Below are positions 1-8,896 of a stretch of DNA of 64,000 bases, one piece after another. This DNA is from Candidatus Binataceae bacterium. GTDB lineage: Bacteria > Desulfobacterota > Binatia > Binatales > Binataceae. Numbering within the stretch: the first letter of the stretch is position 1; every line of letters starts with the position of its first letter. The stretch covers positions 430-64,429 of the forward strand of contig DATGHL010000047.1 of assembly GCA_035308025.1 (NCBI GenBank), read 5' to 3'. The notes beneath the pieces are model-generated. The model had not been told where the DNA came from and ran no database searches. It saw nothing but the letters and a program-made list of their open reading frames with translations. A program made the position numbers and the translations under genes.

Positions 1-1
1 T

Positions 2-1741
2 TCAGGATGCGGAACCGTATTCGAGCTGACGCCGCCGTCGGGGTCCGGCGGAGCCTGGACCGAGACGGTGCTTTACGCCTTCAACGGCGGCAGCGACGGA
101 CAGTCTCCAGAGGCGGCGCTCCTCGCGGGACCGAACGGGGTCTTCTACGGCACAACCGCGGGCGACGGCGTCACGACTTTTGGGACCGTGTTCGAGCTGA
201 TGCCGCCATCGATCGCGGGCGGGGCGTGGACTGAGACGGTGCTCTACAACTTCACCGGCGGAATCGATGGCGGAGTTCCGCAGGGCACTCTTGTTTCTGA
301 CAATAATGGTGTGCTCTATGGCGCCACTACAGTGAGCAACCCGGGCCTCGGCGTAATCTTCTCCCTGAGCCCTCCCGCGGTTTCGGGCGGGGCTTGGACC
401 GAAACCGTGCTCTTCCCCTTCAGCCTCGGCGTCGAGGGCTCCGATCCGGAGGCCGGGCTGTTGCTCGACGGCGCGAGCGGCCTCCTGTACGGAACGACGA
501 ATTTCGGCGGGCCGCCGCTTATAGGAGGTGGAGGCGCGACTCTAGGCGCAGCGTTTTCGCTCGCGGCACCCACCGGCGGCGTGAGCCCCACCCCTTGGAA
601 TGAGACGGTATTGCATGGATTCCTGGAAAGTTCCCGCCTGCCCGACGGGTTCCACCCGCACGGGCGTCTTCTGCAGGATGCCGGGGGCGCGCTTTACGGG
701 GTAACCTCTTCGGGCGGTCTGATCGCCGGTTCCGGCGGGACGGTCTTCGAATTGACGCCGCCGACCGTTGAGGGTGGTAGCTGGGGCGAGACCATTCTCT
801 ATTCCTTCGATGACGCGAACAATGGTTCGAGCCCGCTCGGCGGCTTAATCAGCGATGCGAACGGCGTACTCTACGGCACGACTGAACAGGGGGGCGCGTC
901 GGCCGACAACTTCTCGCCAGGGGACGGCACGGTCTTCTCGTTGACGCCGCCATTCCTCGAAGGCGCCGCGACCGAGAGCGTGCTGCACTCCTTTAGCGAC
1001 ACTCCCGATGGCGCGCTGCCCTTTGCCGGCTTGGTGATGGACGACATCGGCCTGTTCTACGGCACGACTGCCAGCGGTGGCGCGTCGGGCTTCGGCACAG
1101 TCTTCGAGATCAATCCGTTCGCCACCCCCACACCTACTCCGACCTCCACGCCGACCCCGACGGTAACGTCAACTCCCACGATCACGCCAATCCCGACTCC
1201 GACGCTCACGCCCACTGTGACACGCACGCCGACGCCGACTATCACTGCAACGTCGAGCCCGACGGCGACGTCAACGCCCACGCCAACGACTACTCAAACC
1301 GCGACGCCGACCACAGTTTCAACGCCGACCTTAACTCCGACACCAACGTCAACCCCTACCCCTACCGCTACCGCAACCGTCACGCCCACGCCGACTCCAA
1401 CTTTGACGCCAACCGCGACGCCCACAGCGATGATCGAACTGACGCCGACAACGGTCGAGCTCAAGACCACCGGCCACAGGAAAGCGATCAAAGTGAAGGC
1501 CGTCAAAGGCGGTATGTCTGTGCTGGGACCGATCACGGTCTCACTCGATCAGCCCAGTCTGTTTGAAATTACGAAGAACAAATGCGCGACGCTGACGATT
1601 CTCAAGCCCAACCATAAGTGCAAAGTCTATGTGGCGGCCTATGCAGGCGCGGGCGGTCAGAGCGCCTCGATCGCGGTCAGCGCGGCGAACGCGGCGCAGC
1701 AGACCGCGGTCCTGTCGGCGTCGGCGCCGACCACAAAGTAG
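2..1741 (+). CDS. Secreted/surface tandem-repeat protein (Gloeo_Verruco 'GloVer'-type repeats, Thr/Pro linker, C-terminal beta-domain). The 5' end is truncated by the window edge.
   Basis: The frame is open from position 2, and the first residues ([20 protein letters not shown]) already match the internal repeat. There are at least 9 repeats of about 47 aa with the motif G.LYGTT..GG..G.GTVFEL.PP..GG.WTETVL. A 103-aa TP-rich linker follows, then a 103-aa C-terminal domain with 2 Cys. Confidence 0.7.
   Translation, partial: SGCGTVFELTPPSGSGGAWTETVLYAFNGGSDGQSPEAALLAGPNGVFYGTTAGDGVTTFGTVFELMPPSIAGGAWTETVLYNFTGGIDGGVPQGTLVSDNNGVLYGATTVSNPGLGVIFSLSPPAVSGGAWTETVLFPFSLGVEGSDPEAGLLLDGASGLLYGTTNFGGPPLIGGGGATLGAAFSLAAPTGGVSPTPWNETVLHGFLESSRLPDGFHPHGRLLQDAGGALYGVTSSGGLIAGSGGTVFELTPPTVEGGSWGETILYSFDDANNGSSPLGGLISDANGVLYGTTEQGGASADNFSPGDGTVFSLTPPFLEGAATESVLHSFSDTPDGALPFAGLVMDDIGLFYGTTASGGASGFGTVFEINPFATPTPTPTSTPTPTVTSTPTITPIPTPTLTPTVTRTPTPTITATSSPTATSTPTPTTTQTATPTTVSTPTLTPTPTSTPTPTATATVTPTPTPTLTPTATPTAMIELTPTTVELKTTGHRKAIKVKAVKGGMSVLGPITVSLDQPSLFEITKNKCATLTILKPNHKCKVYVAAYAGAGGQSASIAVSAANAAQQTAVLSASAPTTK
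1121..1429 (+). repeat. Low-complexity ACN/CCN codon repeat encoding the (T/S/I/V)-P-T linker of the upstream repeat protein
   Basis: The translation [31 protein letters not shown]... runs for about 103 aa. It generates antisense ORF artefacts (VGVGV...). Confidence 0.85.
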
Positions 1742-1915
1742 CCCGCCGCGCGTCTGCCCTCCCCTGCGAACGCTCGCTAAGCAACGGAGCCCTTGAAAGG
1801 GCACGGGCGGCGTCGCTATCGTGGCGCGTGTTCGACACGGCGCCCATCTCGATGCGGGATTGAATAGTGGCGTGCGCCTCAGCCAGGCCTAACGTGCTCA
1901 ATCGCCAGGTGGATT

Positions 1916-3319
1916 ATGACACTGTGGAAAGCTGACCAGACCTTCTATCCGTCGCCGCGCATGGCGATGCAGGCGCCGCGCGAAAAGCTGGCCTACGTGG
2001 CGGCCTTCACTCCGGCGGCGGCGCAAACCGCCAGTTCTCCCAGGCGCGACGCAATGTGCGTGCTCGATCTCGATCCCGCCTCGTCGAGCTACAGCCAGGT
2101 CGTCGGGCGGCTCGAGATGCCGGTCGCCAGCGACGAATTGCATCACTTTGGCTGGAACGCCTGCAGCGCGGCGCTCTGCCCGTATGCACCGCATCCGCAT
2201 GTCGAGCGGCGTTACCTGATCGTGCCGGGACTGCGTTCGTCGCGAATTTACATAATCGACACCAAGCCCGATCCGCGCGCGCCGAAAATCGTCAAGATAA
2301 TCGAGCCGGAAGAGATCGCGTCGCGCACCGGGTACAGCCGTCCGCATACGATTCACTGCGGACCCGACGCGATTTACGTCAGCGCACTGGGAGCACCTAA
2401 CGGCGAGGGGCCCGGCGGCCTGTTCCTGCTCGACCACGAAAGCTTTGACGTGCTGGGGCGTTGGGAGGTCGATCGCGGACCGCAGTATCTGGCCTACGAC
2501 TTCTGGTGGCATCTCGGACACGACGTCGCGATTACCAGCGAGTGGGGCACGCCCAACATGATCGAGAAGGGGTTGCAGCCGGATCTGCTGATGGGCGGAA
2601 AGTATGGCCACGCGTTGCATCTGTGGGATTTGCGCCGCCGGCGCCATCTGCAAACGCTCGAAATGAGCGCCGAGTACCAGATGGCGCTCGAACTGCGGCC
2701 GGCGCACGATCCGACCAAAACCCATGGCTTCGTCGGCGTGGTGATCTCGACGAAGGATCTGTCGGCGTCGATCTGGTTGTGGCATCGCGATAAGGGCAAC
2801 TGGGGCTTGCGGAAAATTATCGATGTGCCGGCCGAATTGGCTGATCCGGATCTGCTGCCGCCGGCGCTCAAGCCCTTCAAGGCCGTGCCGCCGCTGATCA
2901 CCGACATCAATCTGAGCCTCGACGACCGCTATCTTTATCTCGCCTGCTTTGGCACCGGCGACCTGCAACAGTGGGACGTGAGCGATCCGTTCACGCCGAA
3001 GTTAACCGGCAAGGTGCGGCTGGGCGGAATCGTTGCCCACGCGCCGCATCCCAAGGCGGGTGCGTTGAATGGCGGCTCGCAGATGCTCGAACTGAGCCGC
3101 GACGGCAAGCGCATCTATCTGAGCAATTCGCTTTACGGCTCGTGGGATGAGCAGTTCTACCCGGAGGGGGTGCGCGGCTGGGTTACAGTGGTCAACGCAA
3201 ACCCGGCCGGTGGCCTCGAAATTGACCCGAAATTCTTTGTGCCCTTCAGTGGCGAACGGGCTCATCAGGTGCGGCTCGAAGGGGGCGACTCCTCCTCGGA
3301 TTCCTATTGCTACCCGTGA
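1916..3319 (+). CDS. Selenium-binding protein (SBP56) family protein / methanethiol oxidase homolog
   Basis: 467 aa. It aligns along its full length with eukaryotic SELENBP1, with shared motifs DELHHFGWN, SRIY.IDT, PRAP.I.K.IEP, GYDFWW, LITDI.LSLDDR.LY, GG.QM..LS.DGKR.Y..SLY..WD.QFYP and GGD.SSD. Confidence 0.85.
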   Translation: MTLWKADQTFYPSPRMAMQAPREKLAYVAAFTPAAAQTASSPRRDAMCVLDLDPASSSYSQVVGRLEMPVASDELHHFGWNACSAALCPYAPHPHVERRYLIVPGLRSSRIYIIDTKPDPRAPKIVKIIEPEEIASRTGYSRPHTIHCGPDAIYVSALGAPNGEGPGGLFLLDHESFDVLGRWEVDRGPQYLAYDFWWHLGHDVAITSEWGTPNMIEKGLQPDLLMGGKYGHALHLWDLRRRRHLQTLEMSAEYQMALELRPAHDPTKTHGFVGVVISTKDLSASIWLWHRDKGNWGLRKIIDVPAELADPDLLPPALKPFKAVPPLITDINLSLDDRYLYLACFGTGDLQQWDVSDPFTPKLTGKVRLGGIVAHAPHPKAGALNGGSQMLELSRDGKRIYLSNSLYGSWDEQFYPEGVRGWVTVVNANPAGGLEIDPKFFVPFSGERAHQVRLEGGDSSSDSYCYP

Positions 3320-3975
3320 GCCGGGCGTGGCCCTGGGTCGCGATTACGCTGCTCGGCGCGTATCACGGCTTCGACCCGTCGATGGGGTGGCTGTTCGCCG
3401 TTGCGTTGGGCTTGCAGGAGAGGCGCCGGAGAAAAGTGATCGCGGCACTGTTCCCGATCGCGGCCGGGCATTTCATCTCGATCGCGCTGGTGGTGGGACT
3501 AATCGCCGGCGCGATGTCGAGCGCTTGGTGGATTATCCGTCCGGCCGGGGCCGCTGCCTTGATCCTGTTCGGGTTGTTCCGGCTTATCCGGCCGCGCGCC
3601 CATCCGCGCTGGGTTGCGATGAAGGTCAGTGCTTTTGATCTGGTTATCTGGTCATTCCTGATGGCGACGGCGCACGGCGCCGGCCTGATGCTTTTCCCGA
3701 TCCTGCTCAAGCTACCGTCGTCTCCGGCGATGCCGATGGCGATGATGCATCACCATCACGCGCTGCCGGCGATCGGCGGCGGGGCGATCGGGCTGGTCGA
3801 GAGCCTCGCGGTGGTGCTTTTGCACACGGGCGCGATGTTCCTGACAATGGGCACGATCGCGATCGTGGTGTACGAATGGATCGGATTGCGCATCCTGCGC
3901 AGCGCGTGGATCAATCTCGATGCGATCTGGGCCGGCGCGCTAATCGCTGCGGGCGCGCTGTCGATCGTGATCTAG
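3307..3975 (+). CDS. Integral membrane protein with a His-rich loop (MPMAMMHHHH); possible metal transporter (HupE/UreJ- or NicO-like)
   Basis: 222 aa with about 6 predicted hydrophobic helices and a His/Met-rich loop. It overlaps the 3' end of the SBP56 gene by 13 nt, which suggests co-transcription. The start is uncertain; an alternative ATG lies near 3382. Confidence 0.4.
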   Translation: MLPVSRAWPWVAITLLGAYHGFDPSMGWLFAVALGLQERRRRKVIAALFPIAAGHFISIALVVGLIAGAMSSAWWIIRPAGAAALILFGLFRLIRPRAHPRWVAMKVSAFDLVIWSFLMATAHGAGLMLFPILLKLPSSPAMPMAMMHHHHALPAIGGGAIGLVESLAVVLLHTGAMFLTMGTIAIVVYEWIGLRILRSAWINLDAIWAGALIAAGALSIVI

Positions 3976-4039
3976 CAGAGCGAGGACTGAGTCGTCCGGT
4001 GCGGAGCTTTTGCAGTAAAGACCAGCACGGAGCTAAAGA

Positions 4040-5575
4040 ATGTTGATGGACTACGACGACATCGTGGTTGGCGCGGGTTCGTCCGGCGCGGCGCTGGCGG
4101 CGCGGCTGAGCGAAGATCCCGATCGCGCAGTGCTGCTGCTCGAGGCCGGTCCGGATTATCCGGTTATTGCCGAGAGCCCGGACGACCTCCTGCACTCGTG
4201 GGTCTCGATGGGTCCGCACGATTGGGGCTACGCCGCCGAGGTCGTGCCTGGGCGCGAGATCGCCTTTCCGCGCGGCAAAGTGACGGGCGGCTCTTCTGCG
4301 GTCAACGGCCATATCGCGCTGCGCGGCACGCCCGAGGATTTCGACGAATGGGCGGCGCTCGGCAATCCGGAGTGGAGTTTCGAGAAGGTCCTGCCGGCCC
4401 ATCGCAAGCTCGAGAACGATCGCGACGCGCATGGCGACTTTCACGGCGCCAACGGGCCCATCTGGATTGAGCGTCCGCAACCGGCCGCCTGGCAGCCGAT
4501 CAATCGAGCCTTTTACGAGGCTTGCTGCGCGCAGGGCTATCCCGAAGTCTGGGATCACAATGATCCGCGCTCGACCGGCATCGGGCCATGGCCGCGCAAT
4601 CGGCGCGAGGGCGTGCGCATCTCGACCGCGATCGGGTATCTCGCCGCAGCGCGTCCGCGGCTCAACCTGACGATCCGCGCCAACTGTAATGTCAATCGCG
4701 TAATCGTTGAGAACGGGCGGGCGACCGGCCTGCAAGTGGAGTGTGGCGGGATGGTTCAGCGCCTGCGCGCGCGGCGGATTACGCTCTCGGCCGGCGCGAT
4801 CAATTCGCCGGCGATCCTGCTGCGCTCGGGTGTCGGACCGCGCGCCGAACTCGCGGCGCTGGGAATCGAGTCTGTCGTGGACGCGCCGGGCGTCGGCCGC
4901 AATCTAATCGATCATCTGCTGGTCTTCGTCGCCGGGACGCCGATGCCCGGTATTCCGCACGATCCGGCCGTGACCAATCCGATCGGGATTCGTTACACCG
5001 CGGACGGCTCGCGCGAATTCAACGACATGCAGATGTACATCTTCAACTTCTTCGATCCCAAAGTTGCGCCAGGCCTGAATCTCGATCTGCCGTTGCCGAG
5101 CGTCTCGGTGGTGCCCGGTCTGCAGCGTCCGCGCTCGCGCGGGCGCCTGACTTTGCGCAGCGCCGACCCGAATGTGCCGCCGCGGATCGAACTCAATTAC
5201 CTCGATGATCCTGAAGACCTCCGCCGCATGATCGATGGGGTGCGGCTGGCATGGCGTCTAATGCATCGCGCGCCGTTCGCCGCCTATCTCAAGGAGATCG
5301 TCAATCTCACTCAGGAGGTGGTCGACTCGGATGCGGCCCTCGCGGATTTCGTACGAACCAATTGTAGCACGATCTACCATCCGGTAGGGACGGCTAAAAT
5401 GGGCCCATCCAGCGATCCGCTGGCGGTGGTCGATCAGTTCTGCCGGGTGCGTGGGGTCGCCAACCTACGCGTGGTTGACGCCTCGGTCATGCCGAATATC
5501 GTGCGCGCGAACACCAACCTGACCTGCATCATGATCGGCGAGCGGGCCGCCGAGTGGATGCGCGCGGAGCCTTAG
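4040..5575 (+). CDS. GMC-family FAD-dependent oxidoreductase (choline-dehydrogenase-like)
   Basis: It has an N-terminal GxGxxG Rossmann motif (DIVVGAGSSGAALAARLSED...LLLEAG). The length (511 aa) and C-terminal motifs are typical of GMC oxidoreductases. Confidence 0.8.
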   Translation: MLMDYDDIVVGAGSSGAALAARLSEDPDRAVLLLEAGPDYPVIAESPDDLLHSWVSMGPHDWGYAAEVVPGREIAFPRGKVTGGSSAVNGHIALRGTPEDFDEWAALGNPEWSFEKVLPAHRKLENDRDAHGDFHGANGPIWIERPQPAAWQPINRAFYEACCAQGYPEVWDHNDPRSTGIGPWPRNRREGVRISTAIGYLAAARPRLNLTIRANCNVNRVIVENGRATGLQVECGGMVQRLRARRITLSAGAINSPAILLRSGVGPRAELAALGIESVVDAPGVGRNLIDHLLVFVAGTPMPGIPHDPAVTNPIGIRYTADGSREFNDMQMYIFNFFDPKVAPGLNLDLPLPSVSVVPGLQRPRSRGRLTLRSADPNVPPRIELNYLDDPEDLRRMIDGVRLAWRLMHRAPFAAYLKEIVNLTQEVVDSDAALADFVRTNCSTIYHPVGTAKMGPSSDPLAVVDQFCRVRGVANLRVVDASVMPNIVRANTNLTCIMIGERAAEWMRAEP

Positions 5576-5608
5576 CGCTGCTTTTTCAAAGACGGTCGAG
5601 GGCTATTC

Positions 5609-7207
5609 ATGGAAGCGGCCAGTACGGCGCCGGCACTCGCCTCGGAGGCGGCTCTACCAACCCACAAGTGGCTGATCGCGTTGGCGGTGATGCTCGGGAC
5701 GGCGCTCGAAGTGCTCGACACCTCGATCATCAACGTGGCGTTGCCGCACATGCAGGGCAGCTTCTCGGCGAGCGTGGACGAGATCGCCTGGGTGCTGACA
5801 AGCTATCTGGTCGCGAACGGGATCATGCTGCCGATGACCGCGTGGATCTCGTCGCGGTTCGGCCGCAAGCGCTATTTTCTCGTTTCCGTGTTCGCCTTCG
5901 TCGCGGCGTCGGCGCTGTGCGGCGCGGCGGGATCGCTCCGGCAGATGGTGTTTTTTCGGCTGCTGCAGGGGGCCTCCGGCGCCGCGATGATTCCGTCTTC
6001 GCAAGCCATCCTGATGGAGACCTTTCCACCTGACGAGCAGCAGATGGCGATGGCGTTGTGGGGCGTGGGCCTGATGGTCGCGCCGATTCTCGGCCCGACG
6101 CTCGGCGGCTGGATCACGGACAATTGGAATTGGCGCTGGAACTTTTACATCAACCTGCCAATCGGAATGATCGCCTTCGCCATGGTCTCGGCCTTCGTGC
6201 ACGACCCGCCTTTCATGCGCCAGCGCCGCGCCCGCGGCGGCAAGGTGGACTATCCAGGCATCGTGCTGTTGGTCCTGAGCCTCGGTGTGCTCCAGATCGT
6301 GCTGGATCGCGGACAGCGCGCCGACTGGTTCAACTCCTCGTGGGTGATCGCCGCGACGATTCTCTCGGCCGTCGCGTTTGTGGCGCTGGCTTTTCGCGAG
6401 CTGCGCTTCAGCGAACCGATTCTCGATTTGCGGGTGCTCAAATACCGCATCTTCGACGCAGCCATGATGGTAACCGTCGCCTTCAGCTCAATTCTCTTTG
6501 GCACACTACTGCTCAGTCCGGTCTTTCTGCAGGAATTGATGGGCTATGACGCCTGGAACGCGGGTCTCGTTCAGGCGCCGCGCGGCATCGGCTCGATGAC
6601 CTCGATGATGATTGTCGGCAACCTCGCGCGCTTCGGCGTTGACACGACGAAGTTCATCGGTCTGGGCTTCACCCTGATCGCGATCGGATGCTGGTTCTCC
6701 GCGGATTACAGCCTGCAGTCGGCGACCTGGCCGATCGTCTGGCCGATGCTCGTGATGGGTCTCGGCTTCGGCATGATCTTTCCGCCGAGTTCCGCCGCGG
6801 CCATATCATGCGTCTCGCGCGAGCGCATGGGCAACGCCGCCAGTCTCTACAACATGATGCGCAATACGGGCGCGGCCGTCGGCATCGCCTGGATGACGAA
6901 CATGCTGGTGAGCCATCAGCAGCTTCATCAATCGCGACTGGTCGAGCACTTCTCGGCCTTCGATGCGTGGCGGCTGGGCGCCGCCAGGCAAGCGATGCCC
7001 GGGTCGCCGTCGTTCAGCTTCATACCGCAGCTAATCACCGGCCAGAGGCAAGGGCTCGGGATGGTTTACGAGGCGATCCAGGCCCAATCGGCGATGCTGT
7101 CGTTCAACGACATCTATCGCATCCTCGCGCTGATCGCTGTGATCATGATTCCGTCCTTCCTGTTCCTGCGCGGCGCGACGAGCAGCGGCGGCGGCGCAGC
7201 TCATTGA
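5609..7207 (+). CDS. MFS transporter, DHA2 (EmrB/QacA, 14-TMS) drug-efflux family
   Basis: 532 aa. The N-terminal motifs LDTSIINVALP and GRKRYFL and the extra central helices are typical of DHA2 pumps. Confidence 0.8.
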   Translation: MEAASTAPALASEAALPTHKWLIALAVMLGTALEVLDTSIINVALPHMQGSFSASVDEIAWVLTSYLVANGIMLPMTAWISSRFGRKRYFLVSVFAFVAASALCGAAGSLRQMVFFRLLQGASGAAMIPSSQAILMETFPPDEQQMAMALWGVGLMVAPILGPTLGGWITDNWNWRWNFYINLPIGMIAFAMVSAFVHDPPFMRQRRARGGKVDYPGIVLLVLSLGVLQIVLDRGQRADWFNSSWVIAATILSAVAFVALAFRELRFSEPILDLRVLKYRIFDAAMMVTVAFSSILFGTLLLSPVFLQELMGYDAWNAGLVQAPRGIGSMTSMMIVGNLARFGVDTTKFIGLGFTLIAIGCWFSADYSLQSATWPIVWPMLVMGLGFGMIFPPSSAAAISCVSRERMGNAASLYNMMRNTGAAVGIAWMTNMLVSHQQLHQSRLVEHFSAFDAWRLGAARQAMPGSPSFSFIPQLITGQRQGLGMVYEAIQAQSAMLSFNDIYRILALIAVIMIPSFLFLRGATSSGGGAAH

Positions 7208-7244
7208 GGCCGCGCCGCCACGATTCAGGAGTCTGTCCGTCGGC

Positions 7245-7871
7245 TCAGCCGCGGGCTGCGGCGAGCGCCTTCTGCCATGCGGGCAGCGCCGCGAGCGCGG
7301 CATAATAGCGCGTGATTTCGGGATAGTCGGCGACCGGATACTGCGCCGGCTCGGCCGTCGCCATCGGCGCGCCAATTGCGAAGTCGGCGATCGTCAGCTT
7401 GTTGCCGACCAGCCATTCACGCCCCTTGAGCGCGGCGTTCAAAACCTTCGCGCATTTGTGAAACTGCGTCTCGCCCTTGGCGACTTCCGCCGGGTCCGGC
7501 GCGCCCGCGCCGACGAGTTTTTTCACGAACCGCTCGAAGGTGAGAATCGCGCAGGCCGGGAACCAATCGGCGGCGTCCCACGAATGCCAGCGCAAAACAT
7601 CGGCCTGCGCCTTGGCGTCCGACGGCCAGAGCCCGCTCGCCGGTTTCTTCGCCGCCATGTACTGGAGGATCGCGTTCGACTCCCACAGCACGAAGCCGTC
7701 GTCCTCGAGCACCGGCATCCGCTCGTTGGGATTAAGCGCTGCGAATTCTGGTTTGTGCTGTTCACCCGTGAATAGATCGACCATTTTCATCTCGCAATCG
7801 AGGCCTAGATGATACGCGAGCGCCATGGTCTTGGTCGCGCGCGGTGACGGTGGAAATGCGTGCAGTTTCAT
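7245..7871 (-). CDS. Glutathione S-transferase
   Basis: 208 aa, with the thioredoxin-like N-terminal GST domain (LHAFPPSPR...ERMPVLEDDGFVLWESNAILQY). Confidence 0.75.
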   Translation of the reverse strand: MKLHAFPPSPRATKTMALAYHLGLDCEMKMVDLFTGEQHKPEFAALNPNERMPVLEDDGFVLWESNAILQYMAAKKPASGLWPSDAKAQADVLRWHSWDAADWFPACAILTFERFVKKLVGAGAPDPAEVAKGETQFHKCAKVLNAALKGREWLVGNKLTIADFAIGAPMATAEPAQYPVADYPEITRYYAALAALPAWQKALAAARG

Positions 7872-7951
7872 AAGCTACTCCTTGTGCGATGGTTAACTGC
7901 TCAATCCATAGTCGCACGAAGCGGCCTCGGATCGACAATCGGCGTTAGACT

Positions 7952-8374
7952 CTATAGTGTCACTGAACCGGCGTGCGCCTGGTAGTGGCCCAGCACCATG
8001 TCCCAGCCGCTGTCATAGTTCTTGCGCCCTGCGGTGAGCTTCGCGTCCTGCTCCCAGCCGGAGTGTTCGAGCTCGACGCGCGTGCCTGCGCCCTCCGCGA
8101 TGAAGCGGACTTCCACTTGCGTCGGAAAGTCCCAACTCGGCGCGCGGAAAGTGAAGGCCACGAGGGCCGGCGGCTGATAGGCGGTGACGCGGCCAATCTC
8201 GGACTCGGCGCCGTCGGGGCTGCGCTCGAAATAGCGGCTGCCAACGCGTTTTTCGATAAACGCTTTGGTCTCCTTGCCGAAGCCGCCGGGCCACCACTGA
8301 CTCATCTCTTCGCAGAATATCCTGAATGAGACTTCCGGCGAGCGCTCCACCTTGATCGACTTGCGAATCGTCAT
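7952..8374 (-). CDS. SRPBCC / AHSA1 (activator of Hsp90 ATPase-like) domain protein
   Basis: 140 aa. Its start overlaps the stop of the ArsR gene (a 4-nt overlap), forming the common ArsR-AHSA1 pair. Confidence 0.65.
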   Translation of the reverse strand: MTIRKSIKVERSPEVSFRIFCEEMSQWWPGGFGKETKAFIEKRVGSRYFERSPDGAESEIGRVTAYQPPALVAFTFRAPSWDFPTQVEVRFIAEGAGTRVELEHSGWEQDAKLTAGRKNYDSGWDMVLGHYQAHAGSVTL

Positions 8375-8691
8375 GATTTCTCCTCAGCGTAGCGTTTGAA
8401 AGCTTCGAGTGCGGTTTCCCAAAATCGTTCGACATCTTCGAATTCCATAATCAACCGCCTGATTGAGCGGCCTCCCGCCTGTGCCAACTCGTAAATGCGT
8501 TCGCGACCGTGGCGGCGCGCACGGATAAGTCCGGCCCCGGCAAGCAGGCGCGTGTGTTTGCAGATGGCCGGCCGGCTCATCGCAAAGCCTGCGGCGAGAG
8601 CGCTCGCGCGGCGCGGGCCGCCAGCCAGCCGGCGCAGCAGCTCGCGGCGGGTCGGATCCGCCAGCACCGCGATCGTCGCGTCGAGTCTCAT
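8371..8691 (-). CDS. ArsR/SmtB-family metalloregulatory transcriptional repressor
   Basis: 106 aa with a winged HTH (LADPTRRELLRRLAGGPRRASALAAGFAMSRPAICKHTRLL). Confidence 0.8.
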   Translation of the reverse strand: MRLDATIAVLADPTRRELLRRLAGGPRRASALAAGFAMSRPAICKHTRLLAGAGLIRARRHGRERIYELAQAGGRSIRRLIMEFEDVERFWETALEAFKRYAEEKS

Positions 8692-8696
8692 GGAAG

Positions 8697-8720
8697 ATAT
8701 GTAACCGTTCAGTTACATAT
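8697..8720. promoter_or_regulatory. Perfect 9-bp inverted repeat with 6-bp spacer (ATATGTAAC-CGTTCA-GTTACATAT) 6 nt upstream of the arsR start codon; candidate ArsR autoregulatory operator
   Basis: The palindrome was read directly from the sequence. It is AT-rich in a GC-rich genome and immediately abuts the arsR start (CAT at 8689-8691). Confidence 0.55.
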
Positions 8721-8896
8721 TGTCAGCGAGATCGGCAGCAGCCGCGATGCATGGATAATCCGGGATTCTTCGCTCCGGCAGCCTTCGCTCAGAATGACAA
8801 GTGGTTCAATGCTACTGAAAGTAGCGCCGTCATTCTGAGAAGCCGGCGATGGAGTTGCACGAATGGGTATTCGCGACCCACTTGCGCAGAGATTCC

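Noticed and set aside
1057-1536. Minus-strand ORFs 1057-1281 and 1294-1536 encoding VGVGV... polypeptides
   Set aside because: They are antisense translations of the ACN/CCN Thr-Pro linker repeat of the plus-strand repeat protein. Low-complexity artefacts.
1898-2968. 356-aa minus-strand ORF antisense to the SBP56 gene. Similar long antisense or out-of-frame ORFs occur at 3911-4735, 14933-15748, 22327-23028, 23193-24362, 37188-37985, 47089-48408, 53517-54383, 56066-56965 and 62843-63667.
   Set aside because: They have an Arg/Ala/Pro-rich composition typical of GC-rich off-frame translation. Each overlaps a gene with strong homology support on the other strand.
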